Source of the DNA: Lama guanicoe
Taxonomy: Eukaryota
DNA: 64,000 bases
Direction: 5' to 3'
NCBI GenBank assembly: GCA_013239625.1
Contig: MU053379.1
Span: 630,490-694,489, forward strand
Positions 1-13,220 of this stretch are shown here, one piece after another. The notes under the pieces are model-generated. The model was not told the DNA's origin. It saw only the letters and a list, made by a program, of their open reading frames with translations, and made no database searches. Both the position numbers and the translations under genes were made by a program. Within the stretch, counting starts at the first letter, position 1; each line of letters starts with the position of its first letter.

Positions 1-428
1 AAAAGCGCCAAACTCCCTAAAGGGTTTCAGCTGAGCCTTTTTAAAGGTGAGCCGAGGGCGGGGAGTCCCGGGGTATGTGATCAGCTGTGCACGATTCTGA
101 CTGGCTGATGGCGATGAATCCTCAGGTGCCAGAAGGCCTGGGGCCACATGCTCATGATCATCAAGGAGTACATTTCTTCCATTTAGTTGTGGTTTTTAGT
201 ATCTGAAAAGCTCAGGAGTTCTTTTTTAAGTGGAGGCACTGCAGATTGAACCCAGGACATCAAGCATGCCAAGCACGTGCTCTGCCACTGAGCTATATCC
301 CACCCCAAGACTCAGGAAATATGCATGAGATGCTGTTAATCTGGGTACTTGGGAGAGGAGCTACAGCAGAGGATGTGGGGGAGGAGTCTGTCCCGGGTAG
401 GCCCCACAAGGTCCTGCTCAGATACGTG
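1..428. mobile_element. ERV LTR fragment (runs off the window start)
   Basis: Resembles recalled laurasiatherian ERV1 LTR sequence ending ...ccccacaaggtcctgctcagatac. Family not assigned. Confidence 0.5.
218..306 (-). mobile_element. tRNA-derived SINE (short-tail form) nested in an LTR
   Basis: gattgaacccaggac...ccactgagctatatccc with a T tract. ctcagga flanks it at 211-217 and 311-317. Confidence 0.8.
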
Positions 429-3400
429 CCGAGATGAGCGACCACTTCTTTCTCGCTCCGAGAACACTGAACACTCTGTCATCATCCATATACGTGTTGA
501 ATTTGGAGCCAGAGGCAACACTGGAAATAGGCTGTCTGACTCCATCATTTCACAGTTAAGGAATCTGAGGCCCTGAGATGAGACCATCCCAGCAGCTCAC
601 AACTGGCCAGGAACTCATCCAGAATCAGCAGCACTGATTTTAATGAAAGGAACCTCAACAGCTGCTCCAGCACTAACTCACCTCGGGCTCCACGAGGAAG
701 GGGACTCATGCGTCTTGTTCACTGGTGTGTCCCCAGTGCCTAGGACAGCGCCTTGCACTTAGCAGTCACTTGATCGGTATTGTCGGAATGACTGAACATT
801 CAGCCGGCATCACCTGGGCACAAGGAAGATGTCTAAACAGTGGCCTTAGGACCTCCAGAAGAGCCAGAGAAATTCCAGGGGGAGGCCCTGCCTTGCGGGA
901 AGGGCTCTACAGCCCCCCAGTGCCCTCTGCTCCTCCATCCACCCCTCACCGGGATTTGTTCTCAGATGCAGCTGAGTGCGGTCTGGGGCGGGTGTGCTTG
1001 TCGGGGAACTCAGGCGCTGGACCAGGAGGCCCTGAGGGCAACGCCCAGGCCGGCTGTGCCTCTGGCAGGAGAAGCTTTCTATCACCTGGAATAGAACTTC
1101 TCAGGGACGAGGATGGAGGGGTCCACAGCCCTGGCAGCTGGCACTTTCTCTGATGTGCGGGGCTGCCCAGAAACAGCCGCTGAGCGGCAACTGTCAGGTT
1201 TATGAGTTTCCTTGGTGTTAATCTTCCCAGAGAGGCAGTCAATTCGAAAAGCAATTTTCTAAAGAGGCTTTATCAGGAGAGTCAGTGAAGGGTGCTTGAC
1301 TGAAATAAAAGGGAAAATAGAACTGGCTGGGAGCATCTGCACTGGACCAGCCAAGTGCAGTGAGCGCAGCAAACTCAGGCCCCGCCGGCGGAGGCCACAT
1401 GTCCCCAGAGCACACTGTCCTGTGCTGGCCGCCCCCACCCTCCCTGGTTCACTCAGCTCCTTGAAGGGTGTGGCAAACTCCGGATTTTCAGTGAATGTGG
1501 AAATCAGTGTTCAAACCTGGCGTGACTGCCAGAGGCAGCCCGGGAGAGAGAGAAGAGGGTGTGCTCGGCTGCGTGGACGTGCGCCGGTCAGTTCTGAGCC
1601 GCAGTGTCTCCTGTGTGAGTTAACGCCCCCCTGACAACGTGACGTGGGAAAGAGAAAACATCACAGTGACCGCTGCTGTTCTTAAGTGACCGCCACGTAG
1701 CAGATGTTCCAGGCACTTGGGGAAGCACGGCTCTCATTATTCCAGTCACTATTCTAGCAACACAACCACAGCTTCGTAACGACTTGCTGTTATCACACAG
1801 CTGAGGATTGAGAGCCCACAGAGCAGTCCACAGGCCCCCGGAAAGCAGTGCCCGTTTCTAGGCACAAAGCCACTGAGCCCTCGTTTGCCGCACTATGCAA
1901 TAAAATGAAGATGGCAAGATACACCTGGGCCCCCCATTTGCCCTTACAGGACTCGGGCACCAGGCTTTGGCACGTATCCTCTGAAAGTTCAGAGGGTGGC
2001 TCATCCCTTCCAGTGGGTGCCTCATTTTCTGCAGCAAGTGTATTCCAGGACGTGGCCTCTGGGGCTAGCTGAGGGTCTCTGCAGAGTTGCCCTCGGTTTC
2101 CCAAACCACCATCTCCTATTTCAATCTTCTTATAAACTGACTTTTCCTGAGCACCTGTCCCCTGTTCCCTTAAAATAAGAATGCATCGTACTCCTTTTCT
2201 TCCTATAAAAGCTACACACGGTCGTGGAAGGAAAGTCAGAACACACAAGGCAGCAAGAAGAGGGTGAGAAACACCCACGAGGACTGCTCCCAGGCCCCTG
2301 ACGCCAGCGCACCCGTGAGAGGGGTGGTGTTTCTTTCCTACCAAGCTTGCTGCCACTTGACTTCACACCAGGCTTTCCATTTCAAATCAATTTCAAAGTG
2401 ACTTAACATTCCAAGGAGAGTCCAGTGGGATGCCGCCTCCCAGGGGCCCCATGCGGGCAGTGAGCAGCTCACCTGGCCGGTCAAGATGGGGAGTTTGGGG
2501 AGCAGGCAGGTCCTCCAGGCGCTAAAAGAAGCCAGTCTCCCCAGGGGCCCAGGTGTCCTCGGAAGGACTTCTGGCCCCTAAGGCTTCTGGGATAACTTGT
2601 GAACCCTAACCAGCCGTTCCCGCTCGAGCCTGTCCTTCTGCCTCTCCAGGTGCATGGCCAAATTCCAATCATTCTCTCAGCCTCCCCTCACCTTCCCAGC
2701 TCTCAAGCAAGACCCTGAGATCTGGCAATGGGCAGCCTTTGTTCCACTTTCCCCACGTCACCCTTGCCATCCTCTCTCTCCTTGTCCCTGTCACTAATGC
2801 CTGTCCTGTGACCCCCGGGGCTCCTGGGAGAAGCACAGCCAGCCTGGGACATGCCCGCCTCCCTCCTTCTGCTGTCAGGGCTGCTTCAAGGCCTAGAATC
2901 CCGGGCACCTCTGCGATGTGCTGTGTGACAGGGCTGTCCCCAGCCCAGGTCTGTCCCTACAGCAACTTCTCAAGGGGCTTTTTTTTTTTTAACTTGGCTT
3001 TCTAAAGAAAGCAAAAGAAGTAAGTGGGAGTGGCTGACCCCACATGGTGGAAGAAAGACACGTTTGTAGGGTTAACGTGCCATGAACAGCCAACAGGCCT
3101 CCAAGGCAGAGCAGAGGGATATGGTTATTTCCTTCCCAATCTACTCTCTAGGAACAGGTAACACTGGTCTTGGGTGGGGTGGCCTGGAAGCAGATTTTTG
3201 AGGATGAGTTCATGTGTATGTGATGTATTGAGTGGGGGCTTTCCAGGAAGAACCATAAGGGAGTGGGAGGCTCAGGATGGGCAGAATGCAGCTGAGCCAG
3301 ATGTGGCATCAGGTAACATGTGGGTGTGGCCTGATCTACCGGGAACTCTGGAGCATCAATAGGACCACAAAGTTGCCCCACTTGGAGGCAAGGGCGCTGG

Positions 3401-4479
3401 CCTTATACATCCCCGTATCAGCCAGGCACCAGCATGGGCAGAACATATGACCTCCCAGACAAGGCAGCTCCCAGGGCCTGGGGGTGATTCTGCAGAGAAA
3501 GGGGCAGCTGAGAGCCTTTGGCAGCCAAAGCTCACACAGCTGGAGAGGGAACCCAGCCGTCAGCCAGGGACGCCCCCTGCGCCAGGGTGTGCTTGCAGGC
3601 TCTCAGGTTTAGTCCAATCCAGATCTCCTACTGTAAGAGGTCATCCCAGCCCTGGGATAACTTCTTTCTTGAGTGAGGGACCTTGTTCATTTACAGAAAC
3701 TGCCAGCTTCCAATTTCCAGCTACAGTGGCCATTCCCATCTCTGATTCTTAGCCAGTCAAAGAAATCTTTTCAGTTTTCCCCAGGAAAGCAATGTCACTT
3801 CTCTGCCAGAATTAATACAAATTGACTTATAAAGAGGCTGTCACTGTGTGAACTCTAGTCCGTCAGTGACCTGGGTGCAAATGTGGACAGAAATGAACTT
3901 TTTAGAATCTAGCTTTTGAATCCCGATGACAACAGTGACTACCGCACGTGACAAATGATTGGTGATGCTTTAAATTACCCAGATGGCTGTTCCTCAGGGT
4001 AACGGCCTCTGGCCGTTGGCTTGTGAATTTCCTTCTTGAATTTTTCAAGGCGGGCTGTCTTGCAAGACACGAAAGGGGCTCAGATGCAACACAGGACTCA
4101 GCCAAGGTCTCTCTCCCTGCTCTGGGCATCACTGTCAGCTTCTGTTATCTCCAGGTGTACGTCTCGGGGGCTTCCAAAGCCCCTGAAGCTCAACTCTAGA
4201 AGGAAAGCCTCCTTTCTGGAACTGCCTGCTTGTTTTTGTAGAAACTCAGTCATAAAATGTGGCATTTCACTCACAGCTAAGGTTCTCGACATTCCAGAAG
4301 CCTCCTGCAAGGTGGTTGGAAAACCTGCATAACAGGATCCAGTTTTCCCAAGTGCTTTTCCTAGAGCCTGTGAGCCAGGGCGAAAACAGAATGTGCTCAA
4401 AACAGAAGCCTGAGAAAGGTTCTGGGTGGTGGTGGCGTCTTGATCAGGTTCAGATTGAACAAACTCAAACGATTAGCTC

Positions 4480-4702
4480 TCTGCTATCCAGTACGGAAGC
4501 TACCAACCACATGTGTCTAGTTAATAAAATTAAATAAATTTAAATTAATTACTAAAATTAAATTCATTAAAAATTCAGCTCTTCCCACATACTTGTCAAT
4601 TTCAAGTGCCCGAGAGCCACATGTGGCCAGTGGCTACCGTATTAGCACAGATACAGAACATTTCCACCATTGCAGAAAGTTCTGTTGGTGAGCACCGGTC
4701 TA
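4480..4702. mobile_element. MER3/MER33-like (hAT-Charlie) relic
   Basis: tttcaagtgc..gagagccacatgtggccagtggctaccgtatt...agaacatttccaccattgcagaaagttctgttgg. Confidence 0.75.
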
Positions 4703-6589
4703 GACATTTGTAAATGTACGGTGCATATGAACGTGTGTACATATTTTATCTTCACGGCCACTCTTCAGGGTAGGAAGTCATATCCCCGGTGTCCAGGTAA
4801 GGAAAATGAACGCAGACAGTTCAGACGCCTTGCCCGCAACTGGACCTGTAGTCTCCCCCACATGGCTTTCTGCCTGCATGCAGGCTGGAGCCCGCACGAT
4901 CCTTAAGCATTCATCAGCTCACCTGTTAAGTTTCTGACCCTGTTCTGAGTGAGTAGCATCTTCTTTGAGAGGTCCAGGTCTTGGCTCGCCATCCTCACAT
5001 CTCCAAAGCTGGCCTGATGCCTGCTCTCCACCAAACTGGATGATTTCCCCAGAACCTAGTCCTTGGGACCCCACCTCCAGCACCATCCCTCGATCACCAT
5101 GGCCAGTGGATGCACCCTTCAGCGTCAGAGTCCTGCAGAGCACACACAGCAGGATTCCATGAAGCTGTTTATGTATATATTTTTAAGTTCCTCGCCTGCA
5201 TCAGTGAGCTGCTGGGCATCTCCAGCCAGCCTCCCACGTTTGTCACCTTGGTTCCAAGGGCAGCAGAGAACCAAGGCTTGGCTCTGAGCTGGGTGTATGA
5301 CTAGCATCTTTTTGTAGATGTGCTTTACAAGATATGTGTTTAAAAATATGCACCGATTTATTCTCCAAAATAAAAGCCATGTTCAGGGGGATACTAACAA
5401 GAGCAAAGGGCCAGGGGAGGGGAGTGGGACCGTGCTCCAGGCACTGGGCTCGGTGCTTTCCCACGTGGCCTTTTTCATTCTCACCAGATCCACCCACAGT
5501 GACATGAGACTTCAAGGATTTAAATAACTTGCGCAAGCTCTCCTGACCAGTAAGCATAGAAGCAGAATTCTAACCCAAATAGATTTATTTCTGAAGTCTG
5601 GAGTATTTCCTTTACACCATGTAATCCTCAAATGTAGCTTCCTTTACTATGTTTCTGGTGCAAGAACCTTCGCACATCTCACCTTCAAAGGAGGCCGTCT
5701 CCGGAAAGGAGATCAGGTGTATGGAAAGGCAGCTGACCCTCCAGGGGGCTCCAGCTCTACGATCAACGAGACTCCCAAATTCCCCTGATCGCTCGGCGGT
5801 CTGTTCTTCATCAGGATTAATCAATCCAACTTCAGCTTTTTTTTTTTAATGATAGTAATAACAATCACATTAGCAATAATCTCTCTTTATCAAGGTACTT
5901 AGTACTTCGAGAGAAAAGTATACACGCTCTTGTCTCGGTCTGGGTTGCCTCAGAAGTAGACCCTGAAGGTACTTGGGGGCTGACCGTTTTTTAAGAGATG
6001 ATCTTAGGGAAAACAAGTGTGGTAGAGATGTCAACAGGGAAGAGGAAGCAATCCAATGACGAATGCATTGATGATGCATTGACGGGCATGTTGCCACCAA
6101 GGGCAACTAGGCTCAGTCCCACTGGGGACGTTGAGTTGTCCCTACTGGGAACCGGGAAGCCAGGGTATATTTTACTCACCACCTTCTGTCAGCCATCGGT
6201 AGAGGGTTTTCCCTGAGGGATTATATCCCTGAGGCTTTGGGGCCAGCCTGCACACAGGCGGAGGAAGCTCCCACAGTGCAGGGAAAAGCTCCAGGACGGA
6301 AGGTGGGAGATGCTGATACCTGAGGTGGGATGCAGTCAGCGGCCACAGGAGCCGCGGCTGCAGGTGAACCCAGAAGTGACTTAGGAGAACTGGGAATGGT
6401 GTCAACAGCATCGCTACATCCCCCTTGGACCCAGAAGCTTCAGAGAGTGTAGGTGACGGGCTCAGGTCACACAGTTGCTGTAAGAATGACCCCAAAGCCT
6501 CTGCTCTTTCCTGTCCCCAAAGCTGTCTTCAAAAGCCCTGGGATGGTGTGCCCTCCCCTGACCACATCTCCCCATCACTTTGCCCTCAG

Positions 6590-7076
6590 GAAAATACCAT
6601 CCACTGGCAAATTGGTGCTGACGCTCACAACCGACGCATGTGAAGGGAAGGAAAACTTCGTCCGCTACCTGGAGCACGTCCAAGCTGTCATCACGGTCAA
6701 TGCGACCAGGAGAGGAGACCTGAACATCAACATGACATCGCCCATGGGCACCAAGTCCATCCTGCTGAGCCGGCGCCCGAGGGACGACGACTCCAAGGTG
6801 GGCTTCGACAAGTGGCCCTTCATGACCACCCACACCTGGGGGGAGGACGCCCGAGGAACCTGGACCCTGGAGCTGGGCTTTGTGGGGAGCACGCCCCAGA
6901 AGGGGGTGCTGAAGGAGTGGACACTGATGCTACACGGCACGCAGAGCGCGCCTTACATCGACCAGGTGGTGAGGGATTACCAGTCCAAGCTGGCCATGTC
7001 CAAGAAGGAGGAGCTGGAGGAGGAGCTGGACGAAGCCGTGGAGAGAAGCCTGAAGAGCATCCTGGGTAAGAACTAG
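6590..7076 (+). CDS. PCSK2: PCSK2 (prohormone convertase 2) final coding exon: P-domain C-terminal half and C-terminal tail
   Basis: Polypyrimidine tract and acceptor (ctttgccctcAG, 6588-6589), then G|AAA ATA CCA. Translation KIPSTGKLVLTLTTDACEGKENFVRYLEHVQAVITVNATRRGDL...EEELDEAVERSLKSILGKN* matches the recalled PC2 C-terminus, including the RRGDL motif. Stop TAG at 7074-7076. Upstream exons lie outside the window. Confidence 0.97.
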
Positions 7077-9645
7077 CGCCACCGCCTGGCCGCCACCGCC
7101 GCCTGGCCACCACCGCCGCCGCGCCTCCTGCCCGCGTCTCCGCCTCTCGGTCCTCGCTCCACACCCTGCCAGGCGCCCCGCGATGACTGTCCCCCCAACA
7201 CAAGCGATTCCAACTTCTTGATCTGAAGCTTTGCTCACTGTCAATGATTTTCATTACGATGGAAGCAATCTTTTCTATTCTGTGCCCCAAATACAGTGTT
7301 CCTACCAACACCTATTTCCTATTTGTGACTCGAAGTTGTTTATTTGTGTCATTCAGGTAGGTGACATCCTGCAAACAGCCCTGGGACAGCTTTCCCCTCC
7401 ATTTTCTTTCATAGAAGAGAAGAGAATGCATCTCAAATTGCACACACGGTGACTCCGAGGACATTTATTCATGGTCTCAACTGAGGACCCGTTACTTACA
7501 GAGAGAATCCAAAATTATGACAGAGGGTGAGCTCTGGGTCTCTGATGTAAAGCACAGAGGCTGTACATCCTTTGGGTAAAGACGTTTTGACTTAGCAAGA
7601 TTTTTCAGTGATGTAGATGAAGGTGGCGTGAGTCAAAAGATGCCATCTCTGAGAGCCCTAATTACCAGACGGGGAAGAGAGAGTCAGAAAGCAGGGGCGT
7701 TGGAAACCTTACCACCAATGCCAACATCACAGCTCATCCTACTCACCAGCGTGACAAATGTAAAGTCTAAGTAGCTTGGCTGTCCTTTGTCCAGCTGCTG
7801 CTCTGAGTTACGGTAAAAACTGCCAGAGGTGCCCAGTGTACTCTCAGTACGTGTAGATTTCATCCTAGCCCCAATTTTCTGGGGTTCCTCCCAGAGCTCC
7901 CCAAAAGGGAAAAAAGGCAAGGCTGGACTGGCAACCTGGCTGGGAAAGTGTAGCTTGGTCGTTTTTAACACAAGAATGTTCCTCTTCCTAAGTCACTCTG
8001 GGGCTTCTTAATGTGATGGAAGCGACAGGCATGGTGAGTATTTTTGACAGCTTCCCACACACCTGCTGGGGCTTTGATCTCCAAAATACGTGACTGGTGG
8101 GAAATGCCATACTTCCTCATGCTGTGGTTTCTGATGAGTCCGAGAAGTGGCCAATGTTCCAGAAGAGGTGTGTGGAGGGCGAGGGGGTGTGTTTGAAGAG
8201 AGCTGGGGCCGTCTCCACCTGGGCCCCTGTTTGTACAGAGCCTCTTCTGCTGAAGGGGGGACAAGCCAGCTCAGCCCCCAGTGACTTGAGGCTTGAAGGA
8301 AGCAAGAAGAGACCTCTGTAGGGGGAGCACTGAGTCACCATCTCGGCAGCTGAGCTGTCCAGGAGGGGGTTTACCACGCAACCCACAGGTGACACTTTCC
8401 CTCGCCCCCACCGTCAACTCCAAAGACCCCATCTCATTTACAAATAGAAGTGCTTTCTGGGCGGCTGTCACTTTAGTTTCCTACTCAAAGGTTGGCCCCT
8501 CCTCCCCAATCCCAAATGCCCACCCGTTCCCAGGAAACAACTTGGTTTGTTTGATTTGATTCCCAAGAAGCAATCAACCTCTTCCGTCTCCACTTCTCCC
8601 CCGTCCCGTGGGGAGCCTGGTGTCCCTCTACTCAAAGCCAGCAGCACAAGGGCCCAAGGGTCCGTTCTCTGAAGGCGGCAACTCTGAGAGAGAAGCCTGG
8701 AAAACTCCTTTTCTTTCATTCTACCCCCTACATTGGCATGAATTTCTGTCTTCTCTAGCACCATGTGACCTTCTCTATAAAACGCTTTACAATGTAATAA
8801 TATTTATGATTTTTAAAAGAAATTTACTATATGTCATGAAGGTCTTTTTAAACCAGTTTAGATTTAAAGAAAAAAAATAAATAGATGCCATCAAAATTTC
8901 ATTTTGCATTAACAGTCTGAAAATAAACCAAAGGACATTGTGTGTGTATAAGTGCACACAGAAATATGTATACCAATGCAGACTATATACACGTGTGTAT
9001 ATATGTGTATATATCTTTGTATACGCTTGTATAACTGTATATGCACACATATACCTAAAATGTGTGTATGTGTATTAACTGAAGAAACAGACACCATATT
9101 CATCTCTAAAAGAATATTCAGAGGGTATCAAGATGACTCTGGCTGAACAAAAAAAGCCAGAGGAAATTCAGGTGAAATGTTCCTCAATTCCCATTCATTC
9201 ACCTCTCTGTAATTTTGCGCCTCCCTGTATAAACATTGTGTCTTATATAGCAGCACAGATAAGAAATAGTTGTCCATATTTTCACAGTTATGGTATAATT
9301 TATGAAATTAGAGAATAACTTATCAGCTTCTTAATAGAAATGGCAAGTTTTGATATGAGTATACAGTACATGAAAATATATATAGTGCTATTTAAAAATA
9401 TTTGGTCTCTATTTCATTTTTTGCACCAGTATTAACACTAAACTATGTCTTGCTAGTGAGGTTTTTATGCTCCTAATGCAAGAGACAGCTATTTATAGTC
9501 ATTTATTTTAAAAATGAAAATAAGTGAATAATGATTAATCAAGTTAACGTTGTTATTCTCTGTGACAAAATTTTATAAGCAAATTTAAAAATACATGATG
9601 TAAATTAGGAGATTCAACAATAAAACATTACCTTCCAGAAATTAC
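7077..9645 (+). other. PCSK2: PCSK2 3' UTR (approximate end), with candidate polyA signals
   Basis: Follows the stop codon and lacks obvious interspersed repeats. AU-rich distal part. AATAAA at 8876-8881, 8922-8927 and 9619-9624. The true cleavage site cannot be determined from sequence alone. Confidence 0.6.
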
Positions 9646-9938
9646 GTGGGATGTGGTATGTATTACAGAAAAACACTTCCATCCATTCTGGGAGCAGATA
9701 ATAAAAAGTCACCGAAGAGAGATCCAGAAAGCTTGCTTTCATAAATATGTATGAAAGATTTATGATTAGCAAATAAATCATACACAAATTATGACCTGTA
9801 GCAGCATTTTTCAAACTCAAGTTACAACCATTAGCTGTTGTAACATAAATTTAGGGAGTCAAAACCAGCATTTTGGAATAGAATAGAGTAGATCATGAAT
9901 ATTAATGATAAATATTGCTTCCTGAGATATCTTTTTTA

Positions 9939-9943
<5 letters not shown>

Positions 9944-9971
<28 letters not shown>

Positions 9972-9980
9972 AGTGTGTGT
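9944..9980. repeat. (TG)n microsatellite
   Basis: Directly visible, with one interruption. Confidence 0.95.
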
Positions 9981-11875
9981 ATTGGCTCACCATGTAAAAT
10001 GAATTTTTTATTGTAAGTCATGCTCAAAAGTCTTTTAGAAACACTATTCTGGGCTATAGTCTCTGGGCTAGACTAAGTTATGCTGTAGTAACGAACAGTC
10101 CCTAAATCTCAGTAGTTTAACACGCGGAGGTTCAGTTATCATTCACACAAATTTCGCTGAGGATCTGGGTGACTCCTCAAGGACACAGACCTCCATGCAG
10201 TGACTCAAGGATTCAGGCTGCTTCAGCCGTCATCTTCGGGTTTGTAATCACAACACGAGGCTGCTACAGTCAGCAGGCAGGGAAAGAGAGCCCGTGGAGC
10301 CTCCTCCACTGTTCTGTGCTCAGCATGAAGGAGGCACACATGTCATTTGACCTGCTGTGTTTTGGCCAGTCCTGGTCAGTGACCCCACCTAAATGGGAAG
10401 CAACTGAGAGGCGTAGGACAGCGAATGGCATAGCTGGAGAGGACCAGAGTCTCTACCACAGAAAGCGTGATGTTTCTATAAAGCATATGCTTAGGTACTG
10501 ATTACATGGATGATACCATGAACAATATTACAAACTAGCTCTAGCCCATGTGACCATGTGCTATTCTAGCCAATCTCATTATTAAAAAATATTAATATAT
10601 TAATAATAGTTCATTGTCAAAACAATTTTCGGTTTTGTCCTAGGATGTAATACTTCTCAAACCCAGTTAGTAAAATCTCAAGACAGCCTATGGTTGGAAA
10701 CAGATATTGAAGGGTGTAAGGTCCAGTCTGATTTTGTGACAGATGGAAACACTGCTTTTCATCACTTAATTTCAAAGGCTTACTTCCCAAAGATGAAGTT
10801 AAAAAACTGATCATTCTTATAGGGTTACTGAGAACAGGATTCAGCTGCTGCTCCAGGAAGGAACTGCCACTGCCTGGGTGAAGTAGCCCTGCTGGGCGAT
10901 GGGGACAAAGGAGGAGCAAGGCCCTTCTCCCTCCTCCAGCGTGTCCTTCCCCTACCGAGGAGATGCTGGCGATGCAGAAAGGAGGTCCCAGGTTCCAGCT
11001 CTGGCACCAGAGGGCAGAAAGGCAGGCTTAGAGCTAAGAGACTGGCGCTTACAAATGGCACCATGAGTTCCTGTAGTCACCACTCTGATAAACCACCTGC
11101 ACCCAAGATCTTATCAGGGGTCTGCCTTGGGAGACACCCAACTTAATTCAAACCTCTGTAAGTTCCCTGTTGATATTGAACCTCATTCATTAGCAGTATT
11201 CTTTGGGATCCCTCGGGTGGCAAGCAACAGAAACCAGCTCTAACTAGTGAAAACAAGTAAGCAGCATGTCCAAAGCATGCAGGGTAGCTCTTAGAGCTGA
11301 AGAAAAGCCTGAAGAGCCAGCCTAAATCAGCCTAGAAAAGGGACAGAGATTGAAGCAAACCTGGGGATGAGGATGCACAGTGGGAAACGGTGGTGGCGGA
11401 ACCGCCCTCCCCGTCACTGGGTCAGGCCCGGCACTTTCAGTCTTGGTCTCACTGGACTCACACCTCCTATTCCAACAAGGGCTATAGTTGGGGACACTTG
11501 CGCACCCACGGGCAGAGGAAGGCAGGATGTCGTGAAGGTCAGATCAGGGCTGTAACCTGTGTGGAAGAAGCAGCTCCTTGATACAGGATCAGGGCTGCTA
11601 CCTGAGGAATGGGAGCGGCTACTGGGCAGGCCCTGAGGCTGGGCCTGAGGTTGGGTCCTCCCAGAAGCCGACCCTGAGACAAGGAGTCAAGGTCAAGTCA
11701 TTTATTTGAAAGGAGGCATGTTCATGTAGGGGAGCAGGAACGCGGGATGGGGAGAGGAGGAGTCCCACTCAGGGCACGTGGGTGAGGGGGTTTCTCCATG
11801 AGCATCTGGGGCTGAGGCCCAGCGGGGAATGTTTAGAACGTGCCTCAGCGTTATCCCATCGGGGGGGGGGGGGGG

Positions 11876-12004
11876 NNNNNNNNNNNNNNNNNNNNNNNNN
11901 NNNNNNNNNNNNNNNNNNNNNNNNNNNNNNNNNNNNNNNNNNNNNNNNNNNNNNNNNNNNNNNNNNNNNNNNNNNNNNNNNNNNNNNNNNNNNNNNNNNN
12001 NNNN
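11876..12004. other. Assembly gap (129 N) adjacent to a G15 homopolymer
   Basis: N run directly visible. G run at 11861-11875. Confidence 0.99.
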
Positions 12005-12829
12005 AGTGTTTGTGCACCTGGCCTCTCCACCCTGGTTGGGGGTTGCTCCTGGGGTCATGAACGCCCCAGCACTCCCAGCCTTCCCAGCATGTGGACCGAG
12101 CACACTCCCGTGGACGTAGGACCCCTGATGGCAGAGCCGCACATGCCAGCCAAGCTTGCCTGGGAGTGTAGGCATGAACCAGGGATCAAGAATCGAGGAT
12201 CTGGGGGATCAGGGCTGGTCACTGACTCAAATGCTTGGAGAATGGGAGGGATGAGGATCCGGGATACGGCCTCTGTATGGGGGAGGCAGCACCGGAGAGT
12301 CTTGGTCCTGGACTTGAGGCTGAGTCAGGGTAGAGGAGGCTGGGGCCCCTTGGGATAACAGTTAAGACCAGCCACTCGGAGCACTGGCACTTTGGGTTTC
12401 TCAGGACTGGTCAAAGCTCCAATGTTCTCTTGTCATCGATGTTACTGGGAGGCCTGCTCTAAGCCCCCATGTTTACTTTTTATAAAACTTAAGTGCTTGT
12501 TTTCAGAGACTTCACAGAGAGGAAAAGCCAGGAAATGAACTCATCCTGCAGCTCTCCTGGGGGAAACAGCACCAAGCAGGAAAATTGGAGAGGAGCAGCC
12601 AAGAAAATGAGCAACTGGGGCTCTGGGGCGGGGAAGGTGGCAGGCGGACAAAGAGCCCAACTGGACCCCAAAGTGTCCACCATGGCAGCCCCACACTTCA
12701 CACAGTGAGCCCAGCTTTCAAGTTGAGGTGAAGCTGCCAGGAAATGGTGTTCACCTGGCCCCTGCCTCCTGCCTTGACTGTCCTTCCTTCCATTGTCCTC
12801 CTATGGTCCCCTTTATTTCTCCTCTTTGA

Positions 12830-13220
12830 ATAGGCCATTCCTGCCCCAGGGCCTTTGCACTGGCAGCTCCCTCTGCCTGGAACGCTCTTCCATCAGATTT
12901 GCCTGTGACTGGCCCAGCTTGTCATTCAGACCACACTTCACGTCACCGTGGGGTCTTTGCTTGACAATTCAATCCAAAGGAGACCCCCGTCACTCTAGCA
13001 TATCACTCTGTCTGATTTCCTTTATAGTATTGTTTCCATGGGGTTTTCTCTTATTTCTCTTAGTTACCTGTCTGCTTGTGCAATTTCTTCCACTCCCACC
13101 AGAACAGCACGCCTGTGAGCGTGGAAACATGCCCAGTGTTCTCCACTATCTCCCCAGCGCCCAGAGCCATGAGCGGCACAGAACAGGCCCCCAGTCCATT
13201 TTTGATAACTGAGTGGATGT
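12830..13220 (+). mobile_element. LINE-2 3' fragment; other L2 ends at about 700-795, 14030-14115 and 63390-63490
   Basis: ccagggcctttgcactgg...ctctgcctggaacgctcttcc...tctccccagcgcccagagcc is typical of the L2 3' consensus. Confidence 0.65.

Noticed and set aside
6453..6589. N-terminal extension of the PCSK2-containing ORF (MTGSGHTV...)
   Set aside because: Intronic read-through upstream of the acceptor at 6588-6589. Homology starts at KIPSTGK.
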